Below are positions 37,162-46,522 of a stretch of DNA of 64,000 bases, in pieces. Under the pieces are notes generated by a model. It did no database searches, had not been told where the DNA came from, and saw only the letters and a list, made by a program, of their open reading frames with translations. The translations under genes were made by a program, and so were the position numbers. Within the stretch, counting starts at the first letter, position 1; every line of letters begins with the position of its first letter. This DNA is from a virus. Taxonomy: Duplodnaviria > Caudoviricetes. Location of the stretch: the IMG/VR virus record IMGVR_UViG_649989997_000001, positions 1 to 64,000 of that record. One strand, 5' to 3'.

Positions 37162-38639
37162 CGGTACGCGCCTCCTTCTTTGAGTTGAAATATGACCTCA
37201 TCATCGGATATGATGATCCGCTCGACGTTCTGCACAATCTTGCCCTCGTAGCAGTCACCGAAGAAAGATTCTGCCGCTTCCTTTAGTTCGGATTCGGGCA
37301 GCCGTTTCAGTCGGCACTTTGTGCGCGGCTGACTGCAAGCCCACACCTTAATCCCCTTCGTCCAAGTGTCACGCTCACACTTGCTGCCGCAGGAGCCACA
37401 GTACACTTTGTTCATGAAGGGATTACTGCCGCGCTGCCCTGTGTATATTCGGGCAGTCTTTTTTATGTGACCGTTGATTAGGTGAAATTCCACACAGTCA
37501 TTGTGAATGACGATCTTAGAGACTTTTCGTCTGAGTTCTGCGGTATCGAAATCATCCTTCTCCATGACGTCTCTGACCGCAGCCACAAGCTCCTCCTCTT
37601 TGATCGGACGGCTGTCACAGGATTCCCTACCTTTCCGCTCTCTCGTGTTGCATGCCCACCGCCTGTACTTCCCGGCGGTTCTTCTGCTGAAGCCGCCGCC
37701 GCAGCATCCGCATTTCACCATTCCGGAGAATGGCATCAGCACAGGATTCCGATTCACAGCCCGTTCGGCCCTCAGTTTTCGTATCTCCTGCGCCTTGTCG
37801 AAATCTACCTTTGACACGAGTTGCTCGAACATCCCCTCCACCAGATACATGGGAAGTTCGCCTTTATTCCGCTTACGGATATGACCTTCCGTGATGTAGT
37901 TCTTCTGCAATGCCATTGTGCCTGTGTAGGAGATGTTGGAGAGGATGTCCTTTACCGTGGTCTGCTCGATGGGTCTCCCCTGCCGCCCCGTGATTCCACG
38001 TCCCGCGAGACTCCTCGCGATGGCGTAGGCAGAATCTCCGGCAAGGTATCTCCGGAATATCTCCTTGACGATCTCGCCCTCGGAAGGAACGATGCGGAAC
38101 ATCTCACCGTCCCATTGGTAGCCGTACGGTGCTTTATGCCCGTTCGGGATCCCCTGTGCGAACCGCCTCCGTACGCCCCATCGAATATTGTCGCCGATGC
38201 TTCTGCTCTCTTCCTGCGCAAAAGATGCGAGCAGCGTCAAGAGCAGCTCTCCGTCCTCGGATGTGGAATCAATGTTCTCACGCTCGAAGCGAACGGCGAT
38301 CCCCTTCTCTTTCAGCTGTCGAACGGTATGAAGGCAATCTACGGTATCTCTGGCAAAACGGCTGATGCTTTTGACAAGTACCAAATCAATCTTCCCGGCG
38401 TTGCAGTCGGCGATCAGCCGCTTGAACTCCGTCCGATGCGTGGTACTCGTTCCTGTGATTCCCTCATCTGCATAGACTCCTGCGTATTCCCACGCAGGAT
38501 TTTTCTGGATGAGACTGCTGTAGTAACTGACCTGCGCTGCAAGGGAGTGGTGAAGCGTATCCACAGAGACGCGGGCATACGCAGCCACACGCAGCTTTTT
38601 CTGCAATGTTGGGGTTGGTTGAACTCTTCGTATCTTCAT
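37146..38639 (-). CDS. Large serine recombinase (two zinc ribbons)
   Basis: YARVSV, SISRFAR, CGCCG and CGSCG; AAAGGAG RBS before ATG 38639. Confidence 0.92.
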   Translation of the reverse strand: MKIRRVQPTPTLQKKLRVAAYARVSVDTLHHSLAAQVSYYSSLIQKNPAWEYAGVYADEGITGTSTTHRTEFKRLIADCNAGKIDLVLVKSISRFARDTVDCLHTVRQLKEKGIAVRFERENIDSTSEDGELLLTLLASFAQEESRSIGDNIRWGVRRRFAQGIPNGHKAPYGYQWDGEMFRIVPSEGEIVKEIFRRYLAGDSAYAIARSLAGRGITGRQGRPIEQTTVKDILSNISYTGTMALQKNYITEGHIRKRNKGELPMYLVEGMFEQLVSKVDFDKAQEIRKLRAERAVNRNPVLMPFSGMVKCGCCGGGFSRRTAGKYRRWACNTRERKGRESCDSRPIKEEELVAAVRDVMEKDDFDTAELRRKVSKIVIHNDCVEFHLINGHIKKTARIYTGQRGSNPFMNKVYCGSCGSKCERDTWTKGIKVWACSQPRTKCRLKRLPESELKEAAESFFGDCYEGKIVQNVERIIISDDEVIFQLKEGGAYRWQRQ

Positions 38640-38673
38640 GGTGCTCTCTCCTTTCCAGTCCCATATTCCCGTA

Positions 38674-38859
38674 CTATCCGCACGATAGCAAGTCAATATC
38701 TGAAAATAGAAGCCCGATGACGGGGCGATATTTCTCGCGCATTTTCGCTTCAAACGCAAGATACTCATCCTCTGACAAAAGCCCGCTCTGCAACATTTTC
38801 CATGAAGCACGCATCACCATCTGATACGTCATTTCCCGAAGGCCTTCTTCCTTGCTCAT
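38674..38859 (-). CDS. Small SHOCT-like protein upstream of recombinases
   Basis: ML.SGLLSEDEY pattern; position typical for this LSR cassette. Confidence 0.65.
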   Translation of the reverse strand: MSKEEGLREMTYQMVMRASWKMLQSGLLSEDEYLAFEAKMREKYRPVIGLLFSDIDLLSCG

Positions 38860-38885
38860 TTCAACATCTCCCTTCATGGAACAGC

Positions 38886-38911
38886 GGACAAAAACGGCTC
38901 TCATGGTCACC
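38886..38911 (-). promoter_or_regulatory. Putative phage-sigma promoter GGTGACC-N15-GTCC
   Basis: Same motif and spacing at 58944..58969 and 63056..63081. Confidence 0.65.
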
Positions 38912-38967
38912 TTTTCGGGCATAAAAATAACCCGACGAAGATTCGCCGGGCATTGAGGTTAAAGCAG

Positions 38968-39360
38968 TTATTTATCTTTGAGGCTGTGCATCATGTCCTG
39001 CAATTTCTGCGGAACGGGAAGCCCCATCCGCGCTGCATTCTCGATGATCGAGATTCCTTCATTCGAGATGTAGAAGAAGATCACGGCAGAGCGCAGGACG
39101 CATCCGCTTCCAATGATGTGAACATCTAACACATTCGCCACGCCGACAAGGGTGAAGATGCAGACTTTCTTGCAGATGCCCTTAAAGCCGATGGCGCTCG
39201 ACAGTTTCTTCTCCACAATCGCACGGAGAACACCAGTGACGTAATCCGTTGCCACAAATGCGACAAGTGCATAGAGCAGATCGTCAAAGCTGCCGAGGAA
39301 CTCACCGACCACGATGCCAATGCCCGCCGCATACAGACGTATGGTTAAAATCTGATCCAT
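38968..39360 (-). CDS. Phage holin (holin_4 / toxin secretion family)
   Basis: DYVTG, LSSAIGFKG, SNEGISIIENA..GLPVP. Confidence 0.9.
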   Translation of the reverse strand: MDQILTIRLYAAGIGIVVGEFLGSFDDLLYALVAFVATDYVTGVLRAIVEKKLSSAIGFKGICKKVCIFTLVGVANVLDVHIIGSGCVLRSAVIFFYISNEGISIIENAARMGLPVPQKLQDMMHSLKDK

Positions 39361-39361
39361 A

Positions 39362-39479
39362 TCAGACACCTCCTGCTTTCTTCCATTTATTGAGATTGCT
39401 CATCCTGCGCAGCCGTCGCCTCTGTGCCGAGTTCCGATAGAATCTTCTCGGCAGAAACGAAACCTCGGTATCTAGCCAT
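39362..39479 (-). pseudogene. Chimeric remnant: start of neck gene fused to end of last tail-module gene
   Basis: 30-aa ORF 39387..39479 overlaps the head-closure stop; another frame ends RRMSNLNKWKKAGGV* and contains the holin RBS. Confidence 0.55.
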
Positions 39480-39810
39480 CTTCCACCAACTCCCTGCATT
39501 CTATCACGAGCCATCGCTTCTTCCCGCCAAGCAGATAGGGCGGCGCAATGGGTGTGAGCCGCTTCCCATTCCACTGCACTAGGTCGGTCACGCGCACATC
39601 CGCACGGTAACGAATGACGATGCGGTAATCCACCTCCTGCACCTTCTCCGCATATCCGTCCAAGATTTTTGCCGCAAAGGGCAGAACGAGTGCCCAGACT
39701 TTACCGACTTCCTGCACCGACGATGAAAGGATATTCCCCTCATCGTCCGTATCCGTCACGGGGCGCAGAATAGTGATTCGGTGACGCAGTTCGCTCATGG
39801 ACACCCTCAC
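39472..39810 (-). CDS. Phage head closure protein
   Basis: ELRHRITI, VWA.V, IVIRYR motifs; follows the connector. Confidence 0.85.
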   Translation of the reverse strand: MRVSMSELRHRITILRPVTDTDDEGNILSSSVQEVGKVWALVLPFAAKILDGYAEKVQEVDYRIVIRYRADVRVTDLVQWNGKRLTPIAPPYLLGGKKRWLVIECRELVEDG

Positions 39811-40086
39811 CTAAAAGACCTCCTTCCGCACACCGAAGAGAAGCGAGCGCAGCGTCAAGGCAAGCCCCCTGTGGTCGGCTTCCTCTCGGTGCTCGTAGAG
39901 ATAGGACACGGCATAGAGAATTGCAACGCGCACAATCGCCTGATCTTCGACCTTGGACAGTTTCTTCACGCGCAGAAGTGCCGTACAAATCTGTTCTGCC
40001 GTTTCCGCAAAGTGCGTGAGGAGATCGTCCTCCTCATCGCCGTCAATCCGCAGATACTGCTTGACTGCTTCAAGCGGCACAAGCAT
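39811..40086 (-). CDS. Head-tail connector (gp6-like)
   Basis: VKQYLRID.DEED, YLYEHRE. Confidence 0.9.
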   Translation of the reverse strand: MLVPLEAVKQYLRIDGDEEDDLLTHFAETAEQICTALLRVKKLSKVEDQAIVRVAILYAVSYLYEHREEADHRGLALTLRSLLFGVRKEVF

Positions 40087-40119
40087 AGAACCACCTCCCC
40101 TCTTTGCCGCAAACATACA

Positions 40120-41295
40120 TCAACCCTTCATCTTGAGCGTCTGCACGGCTTCCTCAAGAACGAGCTTGCCGTCCACACGCTCCTTCATGACATAGCCGAT
40201 CATACCGTTGCCCGCGAAGAGTTCCTTGAGTTCCTGCAGAGAGCGCGTGCCACGATCCCCGATGTTGTAGTAGGAGTAGTCGCCGAACGCAATGACGGTC
40301 TTGCCCGCTGCAATAGCAGGCATATACGCCGAGGAATAGACGGGATAGCCGAGCAGACGATCGGGTTCGCCCATCTGATACGACGGCTGCCAGAAATACG
40401 CCCCATTCGCATCCTTGAGCTTGCGGATGCTGGCAAGGGTCTGGTCGTTGACGATGAATGCCGCATTCTTGCGGTAGGGACGCTTGAGACTGTAGACGAG
40501 CGTCACGAGTTCATCCGCCTTGATGTCTGCCGCCGCCGTGGTGACGGATGTCTTTGCCGAGGTGAGAAGTCCCTTCGGCTTGTGCGTCCCATCGCCGTTC
40601 AGGAAAGCATCCTCCTCTGCGTTGCCGAGTGCCTTGCCGAACTGCTCAATGAGGTAGTTCTCAAGCTTGAAGGCGTTGTCGTAGAGAAGCTCTTCCGTTA
40701 CCTTGACCGCGACATGGAGCTTGTGCGCGTCGAGAACGATCTGGGCAAAGGTAGCCTCGCCGAAGGTGAGCGGCGCCCCCTCCTCAATCCACGCAGCCGC
40801 AGGTTTCGTGGCGGCGATATTGATCTTGTGCTCGCCGCTCGTTGTGATGACCGTCGCAAGCGGACGCAGGACGTTCTCCTCATTCAGAACGTCAATGAGA
40901 CGCTGATCGTATTCCTCGGGAACGAGATAGCCGCCGTTTGCATCCACACCTTCCTGCAGGACGTTCTCCACCTGACGGAAGTTCGTGCGGAGTGCCTTGA
41001 GCATCGCCGCACGATATGCCTCGCTTGCACGACCTGTCTTTTCGGAAGCGAATCCTGCGCCCGGTGTATTGGTGATTGCCGACGTTACAGGCTTTGCAAG
41101 CTGCGCGTCAAGAATTGCCTGACGCTCCATGCGCTCGATGTCCTTGCCGAGCGCAAGCACCTCATTCTCCATTTGCTCGTATGCTTTGGCATCTTCGGCT
41201 GTGAGATGCCCGTCCTTTTCGTGAGAATCCAGAAACTGCTTTGCCTGTTCCCACATTTCCGCACGCTTCTCGCGCATTGCCATGATCTTATCCAT
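40120..41295 (-). CDS. HK97-family major capsid protein
   Basis: GGYLVPEE, N-terminal delta coiled coil, LLGYPV, ERVDG. Confidence 0.95.
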   Translation of the reverse strand: MDKIMAMREKRAEMWEQAKQFLDSHEKDGHLTAEDAKAYEQMENEVLALGKDIERMERQAILDAQLAKPVTSAITNTPGAGFASEKTGRASEAYRAAMLKALRTNFRQVENVLQEGVDANGGYLVPEEYDQRLIDVLNEENVLRPLATVITTSGEHKINIAATKPAAAWIEEGAPLTFGEATFAQIVLDAHKLHVAVKVTEELLYDNAFKLENYLIEQFGKALGNAEEDAFLNGDGTHKPKGLLTSAKTSVTTAAADIKADELVTLVYSLKRPYRKNAAFIVNDQTLASIRKLKDANGAYFWQPSYQMGEPDRLLGYPVYSSAYMPAIAAGKTVIAFGDYSYYNIGDRGTRSLQELKELFAGNGMIGYVMKERVDGKLVLEEAVQTLKMKG

Positions 41296-41310
41296 GTGTT
41301 TGTCCCTCCG

Positions 41311-42000
41311 TTAATGTGAAATAGAAAAGAGCCGTCGTTTGAGCGGCTCTGCATCGACATTGTGTGTCCCCTGCCCGAATTTCGAGAGCAGGGAGTTCGT
41401 GACGGCGGCACGGGAGAAGATCAGCCCGTCTGCCGCCTCGCCTGTAAGATGTTCCCTATTCTCATAGAGAACAGAATCCGCAAATCCAAGCTCCACCGCC
41501 TTCTTTGCGTTCATCCACGTCTCGGCATCCATCAGCCGCGAAATCTTCGCACGGGACAGTCCCGTCTTGAGTTCGTAGGCGTTGATAATGCTCTCCTTGA
41601 TTTCAGAGAGGAAGGTAATCGTCCGCTCCATCTCGTGTGTATCCCCGATGGAGACGGTCATGGGATTATGGATCATCAGCATTCCCAAGGGTGAAATCTC
41701 GACGTTCGATCCTGCCATTGCAACAGCGGATGCAGCAGACGCGGCAATCCCGTCAATCTTGACGGCGACATTCCCCTTATACTCCATGAGCATATTGTAG
41801 ATCTGTGCCGCCGCATAGCAGTCCCCGCCCGGAGAGTTGATCCAGAGGTCAATATCTCCCTCGGCGGCATTCAGTTCAGAACGGAACATCTGGGGAGTGA
41901 TCTCATCGCCCCACCACGTCTCGTCTGAGATTTCACCGTCCAGAAGCAAGATTCGCTTCTCTCCCTCGTTCCGTACCCAGTTCCAAAATTTACGCTTCAT
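41311..42000 (-). CDS. ClpP-like head maturation protease
   Basis: INSPGGD, AASAAS, MIHNP, ETWM. Confidence 0.92.
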   Translation of the reverse strand: MKRKFWNWVRNEGEKRILLLDGEISDETWWGDEITPQMFRSELNAAEGDIDLWINSPGGDCYAAAQIYNMLMEYKGNVAVKIDGIAASAASAVAMAGSNVEISPLGMLMIHNPMTVSIGDTHEMERTITFLSEIKESIINAYELKTGLSRAKISRLMDAETWMNAKKAVELGFADSVLYENREHLTGEAADGLIFSRAAVTNSLLSKFGQGTHNVDAEPLKRRLFSISH

Positions 42001-43246
42001 TGCTTTCTTCCTCCTGTTGCCTACCTGCAAAGAGTCCTGCGTCCCTCAGTTTTGTCATATTCCCATTGATAAGGTACAGATCGCCGCCCTCGTCCGCTTC
42101 GATGGGATTCATGTCCTCAAGCCTGCGGATGTCGTTCGCGGAGAGCCATCCGTTCTGTCGCCCGATGGCATAGCCCTCCATACGGCTCTTGTAGTCTCCG
42201 CGCAGCAGCCCGTCCACGTTGAAGCGGATGAAGTAATCCTTCCGCTCTTTATCCGTCAGCAGTGCTTTTTGCAGGGACTGCTCCCAACGAACGACCCATG
42301 GATTCAAAGTGTATTTGACGAACTCAAGCGACTGCTGCTCGATGTTCGAAAACGAGGATTTCTCCAAATCCCCGACCATATGCGGCGGTACACGGTAGAG
42401 CCGCGCGATCTCGTCGATCTGGAACTTCCTTGTCTCAAGGAACTGCGCCTCCTCGGGCGGTATGGCAATCTGCTGATACTTTACCCCTTCCTCGAGGACG
42501 GCAATCCTGCCCGTGTTCATCGTTCCGCCGTAGACGGCGTGCCAGCTCTCACGGAGTTTCGACGGGTCTTTGAGGACACCCGGATGTTCCAGAACGCCGC
42601 CCGGACGCGCTCCGTTCTTGAAGAAGGCTGCTCCGTACTCCTCTGTCGCAAGGGCAATGCCGATGGCATTCTTTGCCATAGCGATGGGACTGTAGCCGAC
42701 CAGACCGTCGAAGCCGAGTCCCGGAATGTGCAGCACATCCTCACGTCGCAAACGAATCTGCCCCTTATCTTTGAAGTTCGGATTCTCCTCCGTGCTTCGC
42801 GTATAGGTGTAGTAGAGTTCCCCCGTGCGGCTGTCGCGGCCGACCTCCATCTTGTCCGGGAGCAGCGGATAGAGTCCGAGAACACGTCCTCTGCCATCTC
42901 GAAGTATCTGGGCATAAGCATTTCCCCACAAAAGAAGGTGACTCATCATGGTTTCGCGAAATATAAAGGAGGTCATCTCGGGATTCGGCGCATCGTGGAG
43001 CAGGAAATACAACGGATGCTCCGACACGCGCTCCTTGCCCTGACCTTGATAGGCATAGACGTGAAGAGGTAGCCCTGCGATGGATTCTGCGAGAATGCGG
43101 ACACAGGCGTAGACTGCCGTCGTCTGCATTGCCGTCCGTTCGTTGACCGCCTTGCCCGCCGCCGTCTGCCCAAACAAAAAAGACAAGCCGCCGAGGTGAT
43201 TCATGGGCTTGTCCCGCGAACGGAAGAGTTTTGTGAATAGGTTCAT
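41990..43246 (-). CDS. HK97-family portal protein
   Basis: VYACV..LAE.IA.LP, PNPEMT, VPPHMVG, SNIEQQ. Confidence 0.95.
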   Translation of the reverse strand: MNLFTKLFRSRDKPMNHLGGLSFLFGQTAAGKAVNERTAMQTTAVYACVRILAESIAGLPLHVYAYQGQGKERVSEHPLYFLLHDAPNPEMTSFIFRETMMSHLLLWGNAYAQILRDGRGRVLGLYPLLPDKMEVGRDSRTGELYYTYTRSTEENPNFKDKGQIRLRREDVLHIPGLGFDGLVGYSPIAMAKNAIGIALATEEYGAAFFKNGARPGGVLEHPGVLKDPSKLRESWHAVYGGTMNTGRIAVLEEGVKYQQIAIPPEEAQFLETRKFQIDEIARLYRVPPHMVGDLEKSSFSNIEQQSLEFVKYTLNPWVVRWEQSLQKALLTDKERKDYFIRFNVDGLLRGDYKSRMEGYAIGRQNGWLSANDIRRLEDMNPIEADEGGDLYLINGNMTKLRDAGLFAGRQQEEESNEA

Positions 43247-43264
43247 GGGTTATTCTCCTTGCAC

Positions 43265-43288
43265 AATGATAGCTTTTATGCTATCATT
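43265..43288 (+). promoter_or_regulatory. Palindromic operator of the higBA-like operon
   Basis: AATGATAGC-N6-GCTATCATT immediately after a TTGCAC -35 box. Confidence 0.7.
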
Positions 43289-43312
43289 AAAATATCTGTA
43301 AGAGGAGTAAAT

Positions 43313-43684
43313 ATGTATCAGATTGAATTCTATGAGAAAAGAAACGGCGTATCCGACGTATGGGATTTTCTTGAGGACTTGCGTGCGAAAAGCGGGACGA
43401 ACAAAGATGCTCGGATTCAATATGAGCAAATTGTATTCTACCTCGATCTGTTGGCGCGCAATGGAACAAACCTGCCAAGCAAGATCACAAAATATCTGCA
43501 AGATGATATATGGGAACTTCGCCCCGGAAACAACAGGATCTTCTACTTCTATTACGCAGACGGTCAATATGTTCTGCTGCACCACTTTCGGAAGAAAAGT
43601 ATGAAGACACCGCCGCGCGAACTAGCCCGTGCAAAAGAAGCACGAAACGATTACCTTCGTCAGCAAAAGGAGCGAGGAAAATGA
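43313..43684 (+). CDS. RelE/HigB (Gp49-like) toxin
   Basis: IWELRP..NRIFYF, LLHHFRKKSMKTP. Confidence 0.88.
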   Translation: MYQIEFYEKRNGVSDVWDFLEDLRAKSGTNKDARIQYEQIVFYLDLLARNGTNLPSKITKYLQDDIWELRPGNNRIFYFYYADGQYVLLHHFRKKSMKTPPRELARAKEARNDYLRQQKERGK

Positions 43685-43956
43685 AAACATGGGAAGATTA
43701 CAAGAATCATGTAAAATCCATTGACGCAGAGAGCCGTCGAAGTATGGAGGAGATTGAAGAAATTGCAGCTATTGTTTCTTCGATGATTGAGCGGCGCACC
43801 GCCCTCGGCATCAGTCAGAGAACGCTTGCGCAGCGTTGCGGTCTGCCGCAGTCCTCCGTTGCACGCATCGAATCCTTCAAAACGACGCCCAAAATCGACA
43901 CCTTGCTCAAACTCATGCAGCCGCTTGGACTGAAACTCCAAGTTGCCGCACTCTGA
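43681..43956 (+). CDS. XRE/HigA-like antitoxin
   Basis: GISQRTLA..GL.QSSVARIES HTH; ATGA overlap with toxin. Confidence 0.88.
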   Translation: MKTWEDYKNHVKSIDAESRRSMEEIEEIAAIVSSMIERRTALGISQRTLAQRCGLPQSSVARIESFKTTPKIDTLLKLMQPLGLKLQVAAL

Positions 43957-43969
43957 TTCAGAACTCGAA

Positions 43970-45571
43970 TCACAGCAGCAATATTCCTCGCTCGTCATAG
44001 ACAGATGCGGAGGTATCATTTCCACACCGAATCGCACGATCCATTGCCATAATGAGCGCAATCACGCCGTCGATCTTCTCTGTGGACTTCTCCTTGTCTG
44101 CCTTGATGTTGCCCGCAGGATCGGTGCGAATGAAGATATTGTCTGCCATCCAGCGCATGACGGGATGCCCGCCGTGCGCTATTTTCTTTTCCAGTGTCAG
44201 CTTCATCAACTCTTTGGTCGGGGGACTCATATCCTTGAACCCCTGTCCGAAGGGAACGACCGTGAATCCCATGCCTTCGAGGTTCTGTACCATCTGCACC
44301 GCGCCCCATCGGTCAAAGGCAATCTCGCGGATGTTATACTTCTCGCCAAGTTTCTCAATGAACGCCTCGATAAATCCGTAATGAACAACATTCCCCTCGG
44401 TTGTTTGCAGGAAACCTTGCCGCTGCCACACGTCATACGGCACATGATCATGTCGTACGCGCAGGTCGATATTCTCCTCGGGAATCCAGAAGTACGGAAG
44501 GACGGCAAACGGCTCATCTTCCTCCGTCGGAGGAAACACGAGCACAAACGCCGTGACATCGGTTGTCGACGAGAGGTCGAGACCACCGTAGCAGACACGC
44601 CCCGTGAGGGATTCCGCATCCACAGGCAGAGCGCACGCATCCCATTTGTCCATCGGCATCCACCGTACAGACTGCTTCACCCACTGATTCAATCGAAGCT
44701 GACGGAAGCTGTTCTCCTCGGCGGGATTCTGCCGTGCAGAGTCACACGCCGCCTGTACCTTGTCGATGCCGACCGTGATGCCGAGCGACGGATTCGACCG
44801 CTTCCAGACCTCCGGGTCTGTCCAGTCCTCATCCTCCTTTGCTCCGTAGATCACAGGATAGAAGGTAGAGTCGATCTTTCGCCCTTCGAGAATGTCCTTC
44901 GCTTTCTGATGCGTCTCATAGCAGATGGACTGCGTATCCGTCCCCGCTGTCGTAATGAGGAAGTAGAGCGGCTGCATACGCGCATCGCCCGAACCTTTCG
45001 TCATAACGTCAAAGAGCTTGCGATTCGGCTGCGTATGAAGTTCGTCAAACACAACGCCGTGAATATTGAAGCCGTGCTTTGAATATGCCTCTGCCGAAAG
45101 CACCTGATAGAAGCTGTTCGTCGGCAGATAGACCATCCGCTTCTGTGAGGCGAGGATCTTCACCCGCTTACCGAGTGCGGGACACATCCGCACCATGTCG
45201 GCAGCGACCTCGAATACGATGCTCGCCTGTTGACGGTCGGCAGCACAGCCATACACCTCGGCACGCTCCTCGCCGTCTCCACAGCAAAGGAGCAGTGCGA
45301 CAGCGGCCGCGAGTTCGCTCTTCCCGTTCTTCTTCCCTATCTCGATATACGCCGTGTTGAACTGCCGATAGCCGTTCGGCTTCAGAATTCCGAAAATGTC
45401 TCGGATAATGCGCTCCTGCCAGTCGATCAGCTCGAAGGGCTTTCCTGCCCACGTCCCCTTCGTATGGCACAGGCACTCAATGAATCCCACAGCATAGTCC
45501 GCAGCGGCTTTGTCATAGTGCGCGTCCTCTGCCATGAACTTCGTTGGCGTGTAGTCCGTCAGTTTCCGCAA
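43970..45571 (-). CDS. Terminase large subunit
   Basis: KKNGKS, FDELH, ITTAG, GLDLS, KIDG. Confidence 0.95.
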   Translation of the reverse strand: MRKLTDYTPTKFMAEDAHYDKAAADYAVGFIECLCHTKGTWAGKPFELIDWQERIIRDIFGILKPNGYRQFNTAYIEIGKKNGKSELAAAVALLLCCGDGEERAEVYGCAADRQQASIVFEVAADMVRMCPALGKRVKILASQKRMVYLPTNSFYQVLSAEAYSKHGFNIHGVVFDELHTQPNRKLFDVMTKGSGDARMQPLYFLITTAGTDTQSICYETHQKAKDILEGRKIDSTFYPVIYGAKEDEDWTDPEVWKRSNPSLGITVGIDKVQAACDSARQNPAEENSFRQLRLNQWVKQSVRWMPMDKWDACALPVDAESLTGRVCYGGLDLSSTTDVTAFVLVFPPTEEDEPFAVLPYFWIPEENIDLRVRHDHVPYDVWQRQGFLQTTEGNVVHYGFIEAFIEKLGEKYNIREIAFDRWGAVQMVQNLEGMGFTVVPFGQGFKDMSPPTKELMKLTLEKKIAHGGHPVMRWMADNIFIRTDPAGNIKADKEKSTEKIDGVIALIMAMDRAIRCGNDTSASVYDERGILLL

Positions 45572-45665
45572 GCAATCACCCCATCAAAAAAGAGCCGCCG
45601 TCAGCGACTCAAAATATCTGTAACGAGAAGCAGCCCCGAAGGGCTGTTTTGTTGTTTGGCGCGGC

Positions 45666-45944
45666 TTAGATGCGCTTCATGCACCAAGCCATCGCGTGCC
45701 CGCCGTCCTCGAAAAGCTCGGTGGCGGTTTCGACGAGGTTCAGGCGGCATTCGATATCCGCGAAGCCCGTCTCCTCCGGCGTTTCGACCATCTCGTAGAC
45801 GGCTGCGTGGAACCCCCAGCATTCCATCCCGACCACAAGGATCTGTTCGCCGTAGCGCAGGATCGCGCCGCTCGTTCCGAACCGCATTTCATCGAGATGC
45901 TCCATCGTGGTGGTCTTCGGCCATCTTGCTTCTGCGTTTTTCAT
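45666..45944 (-). CDS. Hypothetical protein
   Basis: GAGGA RBS; flanked by hairpins. Confidence 0.65.
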   Translation of the reverse strand: MKNAEARWPKTTTMEHLDEMRFGTSGAILRYGEQILVVGMECWGFHAAVYEMVETPEETGFADIECRLNLVETATELFEDGGHAMAWCMKRI

Positions 45945-46103
45945 TTTGTGTTCCTCGCTTTCTGTGTGTAGGTTGTTCCCTTCGTCATGTGTATATATGC
46001 CTCTAAACGCAGAATATAGCAAGTCATATTTCGGATAAACTACACTTATTTTTCGAGAGAAACACAGCCCCGAAAGGCTGTGCTGAATCGCCGAACCTAT
46101 CGG

Positions 46104-46280
46104 CTATTTTTCACCCGTGAGGATAAAGCGTACATACGCCGCACGGTCTTCCTCGATGAAACAGATGAGTTCGTAGAATTCCATCTTAAATGCCATCCTC
46201 TGAACAGCGGGAATGTCGAACATATTCACCCGCCCGGAGTCGCGAATGTCCATGATCTGCGTGAAAATCGTCTCGTTCAT
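46104..46280 (-). CDS. DUF5049-like small protein
   Basis: IRDSGRVNMFD..Y..FILTG. Confidence 0.7.
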   Translation of the reverse strand: MNETIFTQIMDIRDSGRVNMFDIPAVQRMAFKMEFYELICFIEEDRAAYVRFILTGEK

Positions 46281-46522
46281 GACGGACTGCCTTTCTCTGC
46301 GATGTGGAAGGAGTCCACGCCGGGGATCAAACTGAGCGAGGAGCCTGTCGCCCATCGGACGAGAAGCTGTCCCGCGTCATCAATGCCCATGACCTCGCCC
46401 ATCGTTCTCATCGGCGGAGCTTGCGGATCGTCCATGCAGAGGAGTTCCACCCGAGTCCCGCGCGGATACCGCTCTCGAAGTGCGGCGATCTGTTCCTTAC
46501 TCGAAAACCGCATGACGCTCAT
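46277..46522 (-). CDS. DUF4314-like protein
   Basis: YPRGTRVEL..MDDP..G.V..IDD.G..W..GSSL. Confidence 0.75.
   Translation of the reverse strand: MSVMRFSSKEQIAALRERYPRGTRVELLCMDDPQAPPMRTMGEVMGIDDAGQLLVRWATGSSLSLIPGVDSFHIAEKGSPS

Noticed and set aside
39781-41319. 512-aa plus-strand ORF
   Set aside because: Antisense shadow of the capsid and connector genes; no motifs
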